Origin: Actinomycetes bacterium | GTDB lineage: Bacteria; Actinomycetota; Acidimicrobiia; Acidimicrobiales; JAKAOS01 | Length of the DNA: 60,168 bases | Assembly: GCA_021823165.1 (NCBI GenBank) | Contig: JAKAOS010000002.1 | Span: 1 to 60,168, forward strand | Direction: 5' to 3' | Shown here: positions 1-9,266 of the stretch, piece after piece | Position numbering within the stretch: the first letter of the stretch is position 1 | Layout: every line of letters begins with the position of its first letter | Translations under genes and position numbers: made by a program | Notes under the pieces: generated by a model | What the model was told of the DNA's origin: nothing | What the model saw: the letters and a program-made list of their open reading frames with translations, nothing else | The model's database searches: none

Positions 1-129
1 GCTTACGACAAGATCGACGCCACTCGGGGCATGGACATAACCATTGTCACCACCGCCCGGACGGACGCAGAGGGAAGAGCTTTCCTCTCGGCCTTCGGGT
101 TTCCGTTCCGACGTGAAGGATCCGCATAG
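1..129 (+). CDS. rplE: 50S ribosomal protein L5 (uL5), C-terminal fragment; 5' end lies outside the window
   Basis: Frame 1 from the window edge reads [42 protein letters not shown] then TAG (127-129), the conserved uL5 C-terminus. S14 follows 2 nt later, as in spc operons. Confidence 0.85.
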   Translation, partial: AYDKIDATRGMDITIVTTARTDAEGRAFLSAFGFPFRREGSA

Positions 130-131
130 CG

Positions 132-317
132 ATGGCAAAGAAGGCACTGATCAACAAAGCGGCGCGGACGCCGCGCTACAAGGTGCGCGGGTATACGAGA
201 TGCCGGCGCTGTGGGCGTCCTCGTTCGGTTTTCCGGAAGTTCGGCTTGTGCAGGATCTGCCTCCGAGAGATGGTGCACGCGGGGGAGATCCCCGGCGTCA
301 CCAAGGCGAGCTGGTGA
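132..317 (+). CDS. rpsZ: 30S ribosomal protein S14, short zinc-ribbon (type Z) form
   Basis: 61-aa [49 protein letters not shown] with CxxC...CxxC. It sits in the canonical position between L5 and S8. Confidence 0.95.
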   Translation: MAKKALINKAARTPRYKVRGYTRCRRCGRPRSVFRKFGLCRICLREMVHAGEIPGVTKASW

Positions 318-330
318 TGGGGGTGACCGC

Positions 331-735
331 ATGACAATGACCGATCCCATCGCGGACATGCTGACTCGGATCCGCAATGCAAACCAGTCCATGCACGACA
401 CGGTTCGCATGCCGGCATCCAAGGTGAAAGAGAGCCTCGCAGCCATTTTGGAGCGCGAGGGCTACATAGCGGAGTGGCGCAGCTACGAAGCTGAGGGCCG
501 GCCCGGCAAGGTGCTGGAGATAGACCTCAAGTACGCGGCCGACCGCAGGCGGACCATCTCTGGGCTGCGCCGGGTATCCAAACCCGGTTTGCGGGTCTAC
601 GCGCGGGCAGACAAGCTGCCTCGGGTGCTGGGTGGTTTGGGCGTGGCGGTTGTCTCCACGAGCCAGGGGCTCATGAGTGACCGCGAAGCTCGCCAGAAGC
701 GCGTTGGCGGGGAGGTGCTCTGCTATGTGTGGTAG
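331..735 (+). CDS. rpsH: 30S ribosomal protein S8
   Basis: ATG 331 inside track ORF 211..735 gives [19 protein letters not shown]..., the classic uS8 N-terminus. spc operon order is kept. Confidence 0.95.
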   Translation: MTMTDPIADMLTRIRNANQSMHDTVRMPASKVKESLAAILEREGYIAEWRSYEAEGRPGKVLEIDLKYAADRRRTISGLRRVSKPGLRVYARADKLPRVLGGLGVAVVSTSQGLMSDREARQKRVGGEVLCYVW

Positions 736-768
736 TCGTGCAGGCCACCAGAGTGTGGCGGGTCGGAT

Positions 769-1308
769 ATGAGCCGGGTCGGCAGGACGCCGGTTGCGGT
801 TCCGAGCGGGGTCGAGGTAGTCGTCTCGGGTAGGGAACTGCGGGTGAAGGGCCCCAAGGGCGAACTGAGCCGGAGCATTCCCGGGGCGATCGCGGTCGAC
901 CGCCAGGGCGATGAGGTGGTCGTGTCGCGACCAGACGATGCTCGGCAGAACCGTGCGCTTCACGGCCTGACCCGGGCACTTGTCGCCAACATGGTCACCG
1001 GTGTGACAAATGGGTTCGTCAAGGAACTCGAGATTGTCGGGGTCGGTTACCGTGCCACGGCGCGTGATGCCCGGACGCTCGACCTTGCCCTCGGTTTCAG
1101 CCACCCGGTGTCTTATTCGGCACCAGAGGGCGTGAGCTTCGAGGTGCCTGCCCCCACTCGCATCCGGGTCATTGGCATCGACAAGGAACTCGTTGGCCAG
1201 GTTGCCGCCAATATCCGGAGCATCCGCAAGCCCGAGCCCTACAAGGGCAAAGGCGTGCGCTACGCCGGGGAGCGTGTGCTTCGCAAGGCCGGAAAGGCGG
1301 CCAAGTAA
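769..1308 (+). CDS. rplF: 50S ribosomal protein L6
   Basis: 179-aa [20 protein letters not shown]...GYRA...[10 protein letters not shown], uL6-like, following S8. Confidence 0.95.
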   Translation: MSRVGRTPVAVPSGVEVVVSGRELRVKGPKGELSRSIPGAIAVDRQGDEVVVSRPDDARQNRALHGLTRALVANMVTGVTNGFVKELEIVGVGYRATARDARTLDLALGFSHPVSYSAPEGVSFEVPAPTRIRVIGIDKELVGQVAANIRSIRKPEPYKGKGVRYAGERVLRKAGKAAK

Positions 1309-1381
1309 TGGCTGGCTTGCAGATGATTGCCCGTTGGGCCGGTTCTGTTGCCGGTCGTGGGCAGATGGAGGAGGGACGCAG

Positions 1382-1756
1382 GTGAGCAAAGGCTCCAGGT
1401 CCACAGGACGAGCGCTTGTTTTGCGCAAGCGCCGGCACGACCGAGTGCGGCGGAGGCTTGCAGGCACCGCAGAACGACCCCGCATGGCGGTGTTCCGCTC
1501 GAATCGCCACATGGTGGCCCAGGTGATCGACGACGTGGCGGGTCACACCCTTGCCTCGGTTTCCACGACCGAGGCGGGCCTCAGAGACGAGGCGACCTCG
1601 ACTGTGGCCGGTGCGGCCGCGGCAGGCAAGCTGCTCGCCGAACGGGCAAAGGCCGCTGGAGTGACGGCCGTGGTCTTTGACCGCGGAGGCTTCCTCTACC
1701 ACGGCAGGGTTGCCGCCTTGGCAGAGGCCGCACGCGAAGCTGGATTGGAGTTCTGA
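1382..1756 (+). CDS. rplR: 50S ribosomal protein L18
   Basis: GTG 1382 is preceded by GGAGGAGGG (1366-1374). The product carries [37 protein letters not shown], a uL18 signature. It lies within track ORF 1172..1756. Confidence 0.9.
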   Translation: MSKGSRSTGRALVLRKRRHDRVRRRLAGTAERPRMAVFRSNRHMVAQVIDDVAGHTLASVSTTEAGLRDEATSTVAGAAAAGKLLAERAKAAGVTAVVFDRGGFLYHGRVAALAEAAREAGLEF

Positions 1757-2298
1757 TGGTTGAGGTCGGCTTCGAAGAGCGGACAATCAAGGTCAACCGA
1801 GTCGCCAAGGTCGTAAAGGGAGGCCGTCGCTTCTCCTTTACCGCTCTTATGGTCATCGGTGACGGCAACGGCAAGGTAGGCATCGGTTACGGCAAGGCCA
1901 AAGAAGCCGGGCTGGCGGTGCAGAAGGGAATCGAGGAGGCGCGCAAGCACCTTTTCGATGTTCCGCTTGCCGGAGACACCATTACCCATGCCGTACTGGG
2001 TGAGGCCGGGGCCGGGCGAGTACTGCTCCAGCCTGCAGCCCCCGGTACTGGGGTTATCGCCGGCGGTGCAGCTCGGGCCATCTTGGAAATGGCTGGCATC
2101 CACGACGTGTTGGCAAAGTCCCTTGGCTCTTCCAATGGGATAAATGTCGCACATGCCACCATTGCCGGCCTCAAGTCGCTACGGCGGCCGGAGGAGGTGG
2201 CTGCTCTCCGGGGTAAGCCGGTCGAGGAAGTGGTTCCCGCAGCATTGCTCAAGGCCTGGCGGGACCGGCAGCGGTTGAAGACCCTGGAGGCAAGATGA
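1756..2298 (+). CDS. rpsE: 30S ribosomal protein S5
   Basis: 180-aa ORF with [39 protein letters not shown]. Its ATG overlaps the rplR stop (TGATG). Confidence 0.95.
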   Translation: MVEVGFEERTIKVNRVAKVVKGGRRFSFTALMVIGDGNGKVGIGYGKAKEAGLAVQKGIEEARKHLFDVPLAGDTITHAVLGEAGAGRVLLQPAAPGTGVIAGGAARAILEMAGIHDVLAKSLGSSNGINVAHATIAGLKSLRRPEEVAALRGKPVEEVVPAALLKAWRDRQRLKTLEAR

Positions 2299-2516
2299 GT
2301 GGCGAGGCCGCGGTGTTGGTGAGACAGGTTCGCTCCGCTATTGGCACCAAGCCCAAGCACCGGGGAACCCTCAGGGCATTGGGGCTGGGCAAAATCGGTT
2401 CCAGCCATGTGCTGGCCGATCGGCCCGAGATCAGGGCAATGATCTCCAAGGTGTCGCATCTGGTGGTAGTGACGGAAATGGCCCAGGCGCCCAGTAGTGA
2501 CGAGGTATCGAGATGA
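2295..2516 (+). CDS. rpmD: 50S ribosomal protein L30
   Basis: 73-aa ORF with [28 protein letters not shown], uL30-like. ATGA overlap with rpsE. Confidence 0.9.
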   Translation: MSGEAAVLVRQVRSAIGTKPKHRGTLRALGLGKIGSSHVLADRPEIRAMISKVSHLVVVTEMAQAPSSDEVSR

Positions 2517-3016
2517 AGCTGCACGATCTTGCCCCGGCACCCGGCTCGCGCAAGGCGAAGCGACGGGTTGCCCGTGGTATCGGAGGAAAGGGCGGCAAGA
2601 CTGCCGGTCGTGGCACCAAGGGCCAGAAGGCCCGCGGTTCGGTGAAGCCCGGCTTCGAAGGTGGCCAGTTGCCTCTTTCCCAGCGGGTCCCGAAGTTGAA
2701 GGGATTCAAAAACCCCTTCCGAATCAGCTACGAAGTGGTCAACCTGTCGCGCCTGGAGGCGGTGGCAGAGGATGGGGTGGTCACTCCCGATCTGCTTCGT
2801 TCCAAAGGCGTGGTCCGTTCCGGTGGCCACCGTGGAACTCTGGTGAAGGTTTTGGGGGACGGGGAACTCAGCTCTGGCCTCAGGGTCGAGGCGCATGCCT
2901 TCTCCGCGGCTGCCCGCACCGCTATCGAGTCTGCCGGAGGAACGGTTGTCCTGGTCGAGTCCCCCTATGGTGACAAGCGTCCGGTAGCCAAGGGCAACGC
3001 GCTGACCAACCGCTAG
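2513..3016 (+). CDS. rplO: 50S ribosomal protein L15
   Basis: 167-aa [45 protein letters not shown], uL15 N-terminus. ATGA overlap with rpmD. Confidence 0.95.
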   Translation: MKLHDLAPAPGSRKAKRRVARGIGGKGGKTAGRGTKGQKARGSVKPGFEGGQLPLSQRVPKLKGFKNPFRISYEVVNLSRLEAVAEDGVVTPDLLRSKGVVRSGGHRGTLVKVLGDGELSSGLRVEAHAFSAAARTAIESAGGTVVLVESPYGDKRPVAKGNALTNR

Positions 3017-3050
3017 CCCTAGTGCCAGCGTGAGCTGGCGAGGAGTGACG

Positions 3051-4346
3051 ATGCTCTCCAGCTTGATGAACATCTTCAGGGTGGCCGACCTCCGAAACAA
3101 GGTGGTCTTCACCCTGGTGGTGGTGGCCCTCTACCAACTTGGCGCAAACGTGCCGGTGCCGGGGGTCTCCCTTTCTCAGATCCACGCTCTTGAGACCCAG
3201 GCCAAGTCGAGCGGCGTGCTTAGCTACCTGGATCTGTTTTCCGGGGGGGCCCTCACGCGCTTTGCGGTATTCGGCCTTGGGATCATGCCCTACATCACCA
3301 GCTCGATCATCATCCAGCTGTTGACCACGGTGATACCGAAGCTGGAGCAGTGGCGGGACCAGGGCCCGGTCGGAGAGCGCAAGATCACCCAAACGACCCG
3401 TTATCTCACCGTGGGCCTTGCCCTCATGCAGGCAACCGGTCTTGCCTTTGTGTTCCACGGCAATGGAGGCGGGCTGCTGGGTACCGGCCAAAGCCTGGAT
3501 TTGATACCCAAGTTCACCATTCCCAGGGTGACTTTCATAGTCCTGACCCTGACTGCGGGGACCGCCTTTGTGATGTGGCTGGCGGAGTTGATTACTCAGC
3601 GAGGGGTCGGCAATGGGATGTCGATCTTGATCTTTGCCAATGTCGTCGCGGGCATGCCAGCGGGCGGGGCCGCCATCTTTGCAAGCGCCGGGGCCCTGAT
3701 GTTCTCGGTGATCTTCGCTCTCACCCTGGTTCTCATGGTTTCCATCGTGTTCATGGAACTCGGCCAACGCCGCATCCAGGTCACCTTCGCCAAGAGGGTC
3801 GTCGGGCGGCGCATGTATGGGGGGCAGAGCACCTACATCCCCCTGAAGGTGAACCAAGCCGGAGTGGTCCCGATAATCTTTGCATCCTCGGTGCTCTACT
3901 TCCCGGTCTTGCTCTCCAACATCATCCCCTGGACCGCTTTCAGGGCATTTGTCAGCCACTACCTCACCCAGTCCACGAGTTACGTCTACATCAGCATCTA
4001 TGGCGTGCTAATCGTGATGTTCACCTACTTCTATGTAACGGTGCAGTTCGATCCGCACCAGCAGTCAGAGATCATCCGGAAACAGGGTGGGTTTATCCCA
4101 GGCATCCGGCCGGGTCCTTCGACGGAGAGGTACCTGTCGGGGATCCTCAACCGGATCACCCTTCCCGGTTCGCTTTTCTTGGCCAGCGTTGCACTTCTGC
4201 CCTCGATTGTTATGTCCGCTGCGAACATCAACAACTATCCCTTCCTGGGTACGACGATCCTTATAGCCGTGGGCGTTGCGCTGGAGACCATGAAGCAGGT
4301 CGACAGCCAGTTGATGCAACGCAACTACGAAGGCTTCCTGCGTTAA
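3051..4346 (+). CDS. secY: Preprotein translocase subunit SecY
   Basis: Multi-TM protein (MLSSLMNIFRVADLRNKVVFTL..., GIMPYITSSIIIQLL) in the canonical position after L15. ATG 3051 has GAGGAG 5 nt upstream; the track ORF starts at GTG 3030, which is an alternative start. Confidence 0.95.
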   Translation: MLSSLMNIFRVADLRNKVVFTLVVVALYQLGANVPVPGVSLSQIHALETQAKSSGVLSYLDLFSGGALTRFAVFGLGIMPYITSSIIIQLLTTVIPKLEQWRDQGPVGERKITQTTRYLTVGLALMQATGLAFVFHGNGGGLLGTGQSLDLIPKFTIPRVTFIVLTLTAGTAFVMWLAELITQRGVGNGMSILIFANVVAGMPAGGAAIFASAGALMFSVIFALTLVLMVSIVFMELGQRRIQVTFAKRVVGRRMYGGQSTYIPLKVNQAGVVPIIFASSVLYFPVLLSNIIPWTAFRAFVSHYLTQSTSYVYISIYGVLIVMFTYFYVTVQFDPHQQSEIIRKQGGFIPGIRPGPSTERYLSGILNRITLPGSLFLASVALLPSIVMSAANINNYPFLGTTILIAVGVALETMKQVDSQLMQRNYEGFLR

Positions 4347-5030
4347 TTGGTGCCTGGCGTTAGGCTGATCCTGCTCGGCCGGCAGGGCGCGGGCAAAGGG
4401 ACCCAGTGTGTGCGGCTTTCCCGGCACTACGTGGTCCCTCACATTGCGACCGGGGACATGTTCAGAGCTGCGGTCAAGGCACGCACCGCCGCCGGGCGCC
4501 GGGTCAAGCGCTACCTGGACGGTGGCGAGTTGGTACCGGACGATTTGGTTATAGAGGTCGTGGCGGAGCGCTTGGGTCAGCACGACTCCAAGGTCAGGGG
4601 ATTTGTGCTGGACGGCTTTCCCAGGACAGTTCGCCAGGCCGAGGCTTTGGAAAAGATGCTCGAGCCGGATCGTATTGACCTGGTGGTCGATTTGGACGTG
4701 CCCAAAGAGATAGTGCTCGCCCGCCTGGCGTCCCGGCGGGTTTGTTCTGCCTGTGGTGCCAACTACAGCCTCCAGGTGCCGCCAAAGGTGGATTGGAGTT
4801 GCGACGTCTGCGGAGGCGAGGTGATCCAGCGGGCCGATGACACCGAGGTGGCCATTCGGCGGCGGCTGGATCTATATGATTCGGAAACGGCGCCTCTCAT
4901 CCGGTGGTATGGGGAGGCGGGCCTGCTGGTGACCGTGGATGGCCAAGGCTCCGCAGACGAAGTGATGGACCGGATCGTCCGGGTGGTGGACGGACGTCGC
5001 CAGGACGTCGCCGACGATGGCTCCTGGTGA
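4347..5030 (+). CDS. adk: Adenylate kinase, zinc-lid type
   Basis: P-loop LILLGRQGAGKGTQ and LID with CSACG...CDVCGG (four Cys). TTG 4347 lies 1 nt after the secY stop. Confidence 0.95.
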   Translation: MVPGVRLILLGRQGAGKGTQCVRLSRHYVVPHIATGDMFRAAVKARTAAGRRVKRYLDGGELVPDDLVIEVVAERLGQHDSKVRGFVLDGFPRTVRQAEALEKMLEPDRIDLVVDLDVPKEIVLARLASRRVCSACGANYSLQVPPKVDWSCDVCGGEVIQRADDTEVAIRRRLDLYDSETAPLIRWYGEAGLLVTVDGQGSADEVMDRIVRVVDGRRQDVADDGSW

Positions 5031-5249
5031 ACCGGTGCCGTGGATCAAAATTACCGCGGCGCAGCTACTTCACCCCGCTATGCTGTTCAAAGCCGTGCGT
5101 CCGCGCCCAGGCGGCGCCGGAGGCCGACTTCGAACCTCCGATGCTGGTGAGCGCTTATGCGCCCTGCCACGTTCAGGTGAGGGCAAGCGGAGAAGGTAAA
5201 GCGGAAAGTAGGAGGAAAGCTGCCCAAGCCGAAAGAGGACGCCATCGTC

Positions 5250-5444
5250 ATGGAAGGCACGGTCGTAGAGCCGTTGCCAAATGCGATGTTCCGGGTCGAG
5301 TTGGAAAGTGGCCACAAGGTGTTGGCGCACAGTTCCGGCAAGATGAGGATGCACAGGATCCGTATTCTGCCCGGTGACCGCGTCCAGGTAGAGATAAGCC
5401 CCTATGACCTGACTCGGGGGCGCATCACCTACCGGTACAAGTAG
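5250..5444 (+). CDS. infA: Translation initiation factor IF-1 (start may be CTG 5220)
   Basis: [64 protein letters not shown] is near-identical to bacterial IF-1. The conserved N-terminal residues (PKPKEDAIV) are encoded in frame upstream, see findings. Confidence 0.93.
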   Translation: MEGTVVEPLPNAMFRVELESGHKVLAHSSGKMRMHRIRILPGDRVQVEISPYDLTRGRITYRYK

Positions 5445-5494
5445 GGCTGAGAGGCAGTGTTTGCTGCGGGACGAGCGCCACAGGGAGCGGCGGA

Positions 5495-5608
5495 GTGAAG
5501 GTAAGGCCGAGCGTCAAGACGATGTGTGAGAAGTGTAGGGTGATCCGTCGCCATGGCCATGTCATGGTGATTTGCGAGAACCCTCGCCACAAGCAGAGGC
5601 AGGGCTAG
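5495..5608 (+). CDS. rpmJ: 50S ribosomal protein L36 (zinc-binding form)
   Basis: Not in the track (37 aa). GTG 5495 gives [37 protein letters not shown] then TAG 5606-5608. It sits in the canonical position between infA and rpsM. Confidence 0.9.
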   Translation: MKVRPSVKTMCEKCRVIRRHGHVMVICENPRHKQRQG

Positions 5609-5611
5609 GTA

Positions 5612-5992
5612 ATGGCACGCATAGCGGGCGTCGACATACCCAGGGAGAAGCGTCTGGAGATCTCCCTCACCTACATTTTCGGCATAGGTCGCACCCGGGC
5701 CGCCGAGATATGCACCGGGGCAGGGATCTCTCCCGACACCCGGGTCCGCGATCTCACCGAGGAGGAGGTGGCCCGCCTCCGAAGCTGGATCGATGCCAAC
5801 TACAAAGTCGAAGGTGACCTTCGCCGTGACGTGGCATCGGACATCAAGCGGAAAATGGAGATCGGCTCCTACCAGGGCCTCCGCCACCGCCGCGGGCTGC
5901 CGGTAAGGGGCCAGCGCACCCACACCAACGCCCGCACTCGCAAGGGCCCCAAGAAGACCGTCGCAGGTAAGAAGAAGGTTCGGAAGCACTGA
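5612..5992 (+). CDS. rpsM: 30S ribosomal protein S13
   Basis: [30 protein letters not shown]..., uS13. Confidence 0.95.
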   Translation: MARIAGVDIPREKRLEISLTYIFGIGRTRAAEICTGAGISPDTRVRDLTEEEVARLRSWIDANYKVEGDLRRDVASDIKRKMEIGSYQGLRHRRGLPVRGQRTHTNARTRKGPKKTVAGKKKVRKH

Positions 5993-6390
5993 TGGCCAAG
6001 ACCAGACCCGGAGGCCGGCGTCCCCGCCGGCGTGAGCGCAAAAACGTCACCTACGGCATCGCGCACATCAAATCCAGCTTCAACAACACCATCGTGTCCA
6101 TTAGTGACACCGAGGGCAATGTTCTCGCCTGGGCCTCAGCTGGGAACGTCGGTTTCAAGGGCTCGCGCAAGTCGACTCCCTTTGCCGCACAGCTTGCCGC
6201 AGAGGCGTGTGCAAAGCGGGCAATGGAGCAGGGTGTGCGCAGGGTGGATGTATTTCTCAAGGGACCAGGATCGGGCCGCGATACCGCGCATCGTGCCATT
6301 GCGGCGGCGGGTATCGAGGTTTCCAGCATCAAAGACGTGACCCCGATCCCCCACAACGGTTGCCGCCCCAAGAAGCGGCGCAGGGTCTGA
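5992..6390 (+). CDS. rpsK: 30S ribosomal protein S11
   Basis: [34 protein letters not shown]...[13 protein letters not shown], uS11. TGATG overlap with rpsM. Confidence 0.95.
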   Translation: MAKTRPGGRRPRRRERKNVTYGIAHIKSSFNNTIVSISDTEGNVLAWASAGNVGFKGSRKSTPFAAQLAAEACAKRAMEQGVRRVDVFLKGPGSGRDTAHRAIAAAGIEVSSIKDVTPIPHNGCRPKKRRRV

Positions 6391-6399
6391 GGAGTAGAG

Positions 6400-7026
6400 A
6401 TGGCACGATACACCGGCCCGGTGTGCCGCCTTTGCAGGCGGGAGAAGATCAAGCTTTTCCTAAAGGGAGCGAAGTGCGACTCAGCCCGCTGCCCTATTGA
6501 AAAGCGCCCCTACCCCCCCGGTGAGCACGGCAGGGACCGGCTTCGCCAGGGATCGGAATATCAGGCACAGCTCCGTGAGAAGCAGAAGGCCCGCCGCATC
6601 TACGGCGTGCTGGAAGCCCAGTTCGTGAACCTCTACGAAGAGGCGAACCGCTCGCAGGGTATTACCGGCGAGGAGCTGCTTCGGATGCTGGAGCTCCGGC
6701 TCGACAACGTGGCCTTCAGGGCCGGTTGGGGAGCCTCGCGCTCTCAGGCTCGCCAGCTTGTGCGGCATGGGCATGTGGCCGTGAACGGCAAGCGGGTCAC
6801 CATCCCCAGCTACCGCGTGCGCAAGGGGGACGAGATATCCCTTGCTCCCGCCGCCCGGGAGATGGTGGAGATTCGTCACAATCTCGACACCCTTGATCGC
6901 CAGCTCCCGGCTTGGTTGTCCGACGCCGGTGAACGCATGGCAGTCACGGTGTTCTCCTTGCCGCTGCGCGAACACGTAGATGTGCCTGTGCGTGAGCAGT
7001 TGGTCGTCGAACTTTACTCGAAGTAG
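6400..7026 (+). CDS. rpsD: 30S ribosomal protein S4 (zinc-finger form)
   Basis: MARYTGPVCRLCRREKIKLFLKGAKCDSARC... plus an S4 RNA-binding domain. Confidence 0.95.
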   Translation: MARYTGPVCRLCRREKIKLFLKGAKCDSARCPIEKRPYPPGEHGRDRLRQGSEYQAQLREKQKARRIYGVLEAQFVNLYEEANRSQGITGEELLRMLELRLDNVAFRAGWGASRSQARQLVRHGHVAVNGKRVTIPSYRVRKGDEISLAPAAREMVEIRHNLDTLDRQLPAWLSDAGERMAVTVFSLPLREHVDVPVREQLVVELYSK

Positions 7027-7114
7027 TGGCCATGGGTTGTCCTCGCTGCGGCGAGCTTCAGCTAAGGTCCGCTCCCGCCGGGCCGTCCGTTGTGAGCGGG
7101 GTAGGAGGCAAGAG

Positions 7115-8053
7115 GTGCTCATAATCCAGCGACCGTCCGTGCAGGCCGTGGGCGAGGAGGAGGCGAACCGCCAGCGCTTCTCCATCGGGCCCTTGGAGCC
7201 CGGTTTTGGACATACCATTGGCAACGCGCTCCGGCGGACCCTGCTCTCTGCAATCCCCGGTGCCGCGATTACCCAGGTTCGTTTCGACGAAGCGCTTCAC
7301 GAGTTCACGGTGCTGCCGGGCGTCAAAGAAGACGTGATCGACATCATGTTGAACCTCAAAGACGTCGTGGTCTCCAGCCAGGCCGACGAGGCCGTCGTGG
7401 TGCGCCTGGATGCCTCGGGGCCGGGATCGGTGACCGCGGGTGACCTGCGTCTGAGTGCAGATGTCGAGGTGCTGAATCCCGAGCTCGTCATCGCCACTTT
7501 GAGCGAGGATGGGAATCTGGGGGCCGATCTCACCATAGAGAAGGGCAGGGGTTACGCTTCAGCCGAGCGGAACCGGACCAGCTCCACCATCGGCGTCATA
7601 CCTCTGGATGCGATCTTCTCACCCGTCCGGCGGGTTTCGTTCACCATCGAGCCGACCCGGGTCGAGCAGTCCACGAACTTCGACCAGCTCGTGATCGACG
7701 TGGAAACCGACGGCTCGATATCGCCCGCCGAAGCGTTGGCCTCGGCAGGGGACACCCTCAGGTCGTTGTTTGGTCTGGTGGCCGAGATGAGCGAGAACCC
7801 CCAGGGGCTCGAGCTGGGTGAGGTTACCATCGAGGCCAGCAGCAGCCCGGACATGGATCTACCCATTGAGGATCTTGATCTTTCGGAGCGGCCCCGCAAC
7901 TGTCTGAAGAGGGCTCAGATCAACACCATCGGCGAGTTGCTCGCGCGGAGCCAGGACGACTTGTTGGCTTTGCAGAACTTTGGCCAGAAGTCCCTGGACG
8001 AGGTTTTGCAGCGCATTTCGGAGCGGGGCTTGGCCCTGCGCGGAAGGGAGTAG
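7115..8053 (+). CDS. rpoA: DNA-directed RNA polymerase subunit alpha
   Basis: GTG 7115 with AGGAGG at 7103-7108. Contains FSIGPLEPGFGHTIGNALRRTLLS and the C-terminal domain LDLSERPRNCLKRAQINTIGELL. It lies within track ORF 6980..8053. Confidence 0.93.
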   Translation: MLIIQRPSVQAVGEEEANRQRFSIGPLEPGFGHTIGNALRRTLLSAIPGAAITQVRFDEALHEFTVLPGVKEDVIDIMLNLKDVVVSSQADEAVVVRLDASGPGSVTAGDLRLSADVEVLNPELVIATLSEDGNLGADLTIEKGRGYASAERNRTSSTIGVIPLDAIFSPVRRVSFTIEPTRVEQSTNFDQLVIDVETDGSISPAEALASAGDTLRSLFGLVAEMSENPQGLELGEVTIEASSSPDMDLPIEDLDLSERPRNCLKRAQINTIGELLARSQDDLLALQNFGQKSLDEVLQRISERGLALRGRE

Positions 8054-8415
8054 TGGTGGGCGTACCCGCGAGGCCCAAGAAGGGTCCCCGCTTTGGGGGC
8101 GACGCGGCGCATCAGAAGGCCATGATGGGCAACCTGGTGGCCTCTCTCATCGCGGCTGAGGCGATAGTCACGACCGAGGCAAAGGCCAAGGCGCTCCGGC
8201 CCGTGGCCGAGAAGGTGATCACCAAGGCGGTCAAAGGTGGCGTTCACCGTCAGCGGCAGGTGGTGTCCTTTATCCGGGACAAGGACATGGCGCACAAGCT
8301 TTTCGATGAGATCGGTCCTCGCTACTCGGCCCGTCCGGGTGGCTACCTTCGCATTCTGAAGCTGGGTCCTAGAGCCGGGGACAACGCTCCCATGGCTCGC
8401 ATAGAACTGGTTTGA
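8053..8415 (+). CDS. rplQ: 50S ribosomal protein L17
   Basis: PKKGPRFGGDAAHQKAMMGNLVASLI...GGYLRILKLGPRAGDNAPMARIELV, bL17. GTG overlaps the rpoA stop by 1 nt. Confidence 0.95.
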   Translation: MVGVPARPKKGPRFGGDAAHQKAMMGNLVASLIAAEAIVTTEAKAKALRPVAEKVITKAVKGGVHRQRQVVSFIRDKDMAHKLFDEIGPRYSARPGGYLRILKLGPRAGDNAPMARIELV

Positions 8416-9266
8416 GCCTCTTCGATCCCGGCGAGCCCCCAGGGCAGGTCCGGGGCGAAGGTCTTGCGGCGGGGTTTGTGCGCATAGCGCTGGAGATCGC
8501 CTATGACGGCAAGGGTCTGTCAGGCTTTGCGGCACAGCCCGGCAGGCGAACCGTTGCAGGTTTGCTCGAGGCGGCCCTGGGGAAGCTAGTCGGCGAGGTC
8601 AAAGTCTCATGTGCGGGACGAACAGATGCCGGGGTGCATGCCAGTGCACAGGTGGTGCATTTTGACACCCCCGAGGGCGGGCCGTCGCCAACGGAGTTCC
8701 TGCGTGCGGTGAATCGGCAGTTGGCGCCCAAGATTGTGGCAAAGAGGGCGGCGTTGGCCCCGGTCGGATTCCACGCTCGCCACAGCGCCGTGCTCCGCAG
8801 GTATCGGTATGGGATCCTCGCCTGCGAGGTGGCCGACCCCATGGCTGCAAATCAGCGATGGTTTGTCCCCCACCACTTGGACTTGGCGGCCATGCGGACT
8901 GCTACCTATGCGATTTTGGGGGAGCGGGACTTCACGGCCTTCTGCCGGCGCCCTCCGGGGCATGAGGGGCCGATCATGCGACGGCTTCATTACGCGCGCT
9001 GGTCGGTTGTTGGTGCGGGATTGGTTGATTTCGAACTAGAGGCCAACGCCTTTTGCCATCAGATGGTGCGTGCATTGGTGGGCACCATGGTGGAAGTGGG
9101 CCGGGGCAGGATGGATGCCGCAGCGGTTGGCAGGTTGGCCAGATCCGGTAGTCGCCAGGGTGCGCCGACCCTGGCTCCGGCGCACGGACTATGCCTGGTG
9201 GGGGTCGGCTATGGCACAGCGGATCCCTTTGCCGGCATTGATGCGCCCAGGGCGTTGCTTGGCTGA
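8412..9266 (+). CDS. truA: tRNA pseudouridine(38-40) synthase TruA
   Basis: IALEIAYDGKGLSGFAAQPG...GRTDAGVHA (catalytic Asp motif). Usual position after rplQ. TTGA overlap; the exact start is uncertain. Confidence 0.88.
   Translation: MSLFDPGEPPGQVRGEGLAAGFVRIALEIAYDGKGLSGFAAQPGRRTVAGLLEAALGKLVGEVKVSCAGRTDAGVHASAQVVHFDTPEGGPSPTEFLRAVNRQLAPKIVAKRAALAPVGFHARHSAVLRRYRYGILACEVADPMAANQRWFVPHHLDLAAMRTATYAILGERDFTAFCRRPPGHEGPIMRRLHYARWSVVGAGLVDFELEANAFCHQMVRALVGTMVEVGRGRMDAAAVGRLARSGSRQGAPTLAPAHGLCLVGVGYGTADPFAGIDAPRALLG

Noticed and set aside
298-1512. 404-aa minus-strand ORF covering rpsH, rplF and rplR
   Set aside because: It is antisense to three highly conserved ribosomal protein genes, and its Arg/Pro/Gly/Ala-rich low-complexity translation is typical of stop-poor antisense frames in high-GC DNA.
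5017-5354. Track ORFs 5017..5199 (+) and 5070..5354 (-) as candidates for the missing map gene
   Set aside because: Neither shows any methionine-aminopeptidase motif. Both are short Arg/Gly/Pro-rich frames, and one overlaps infA in antisense.
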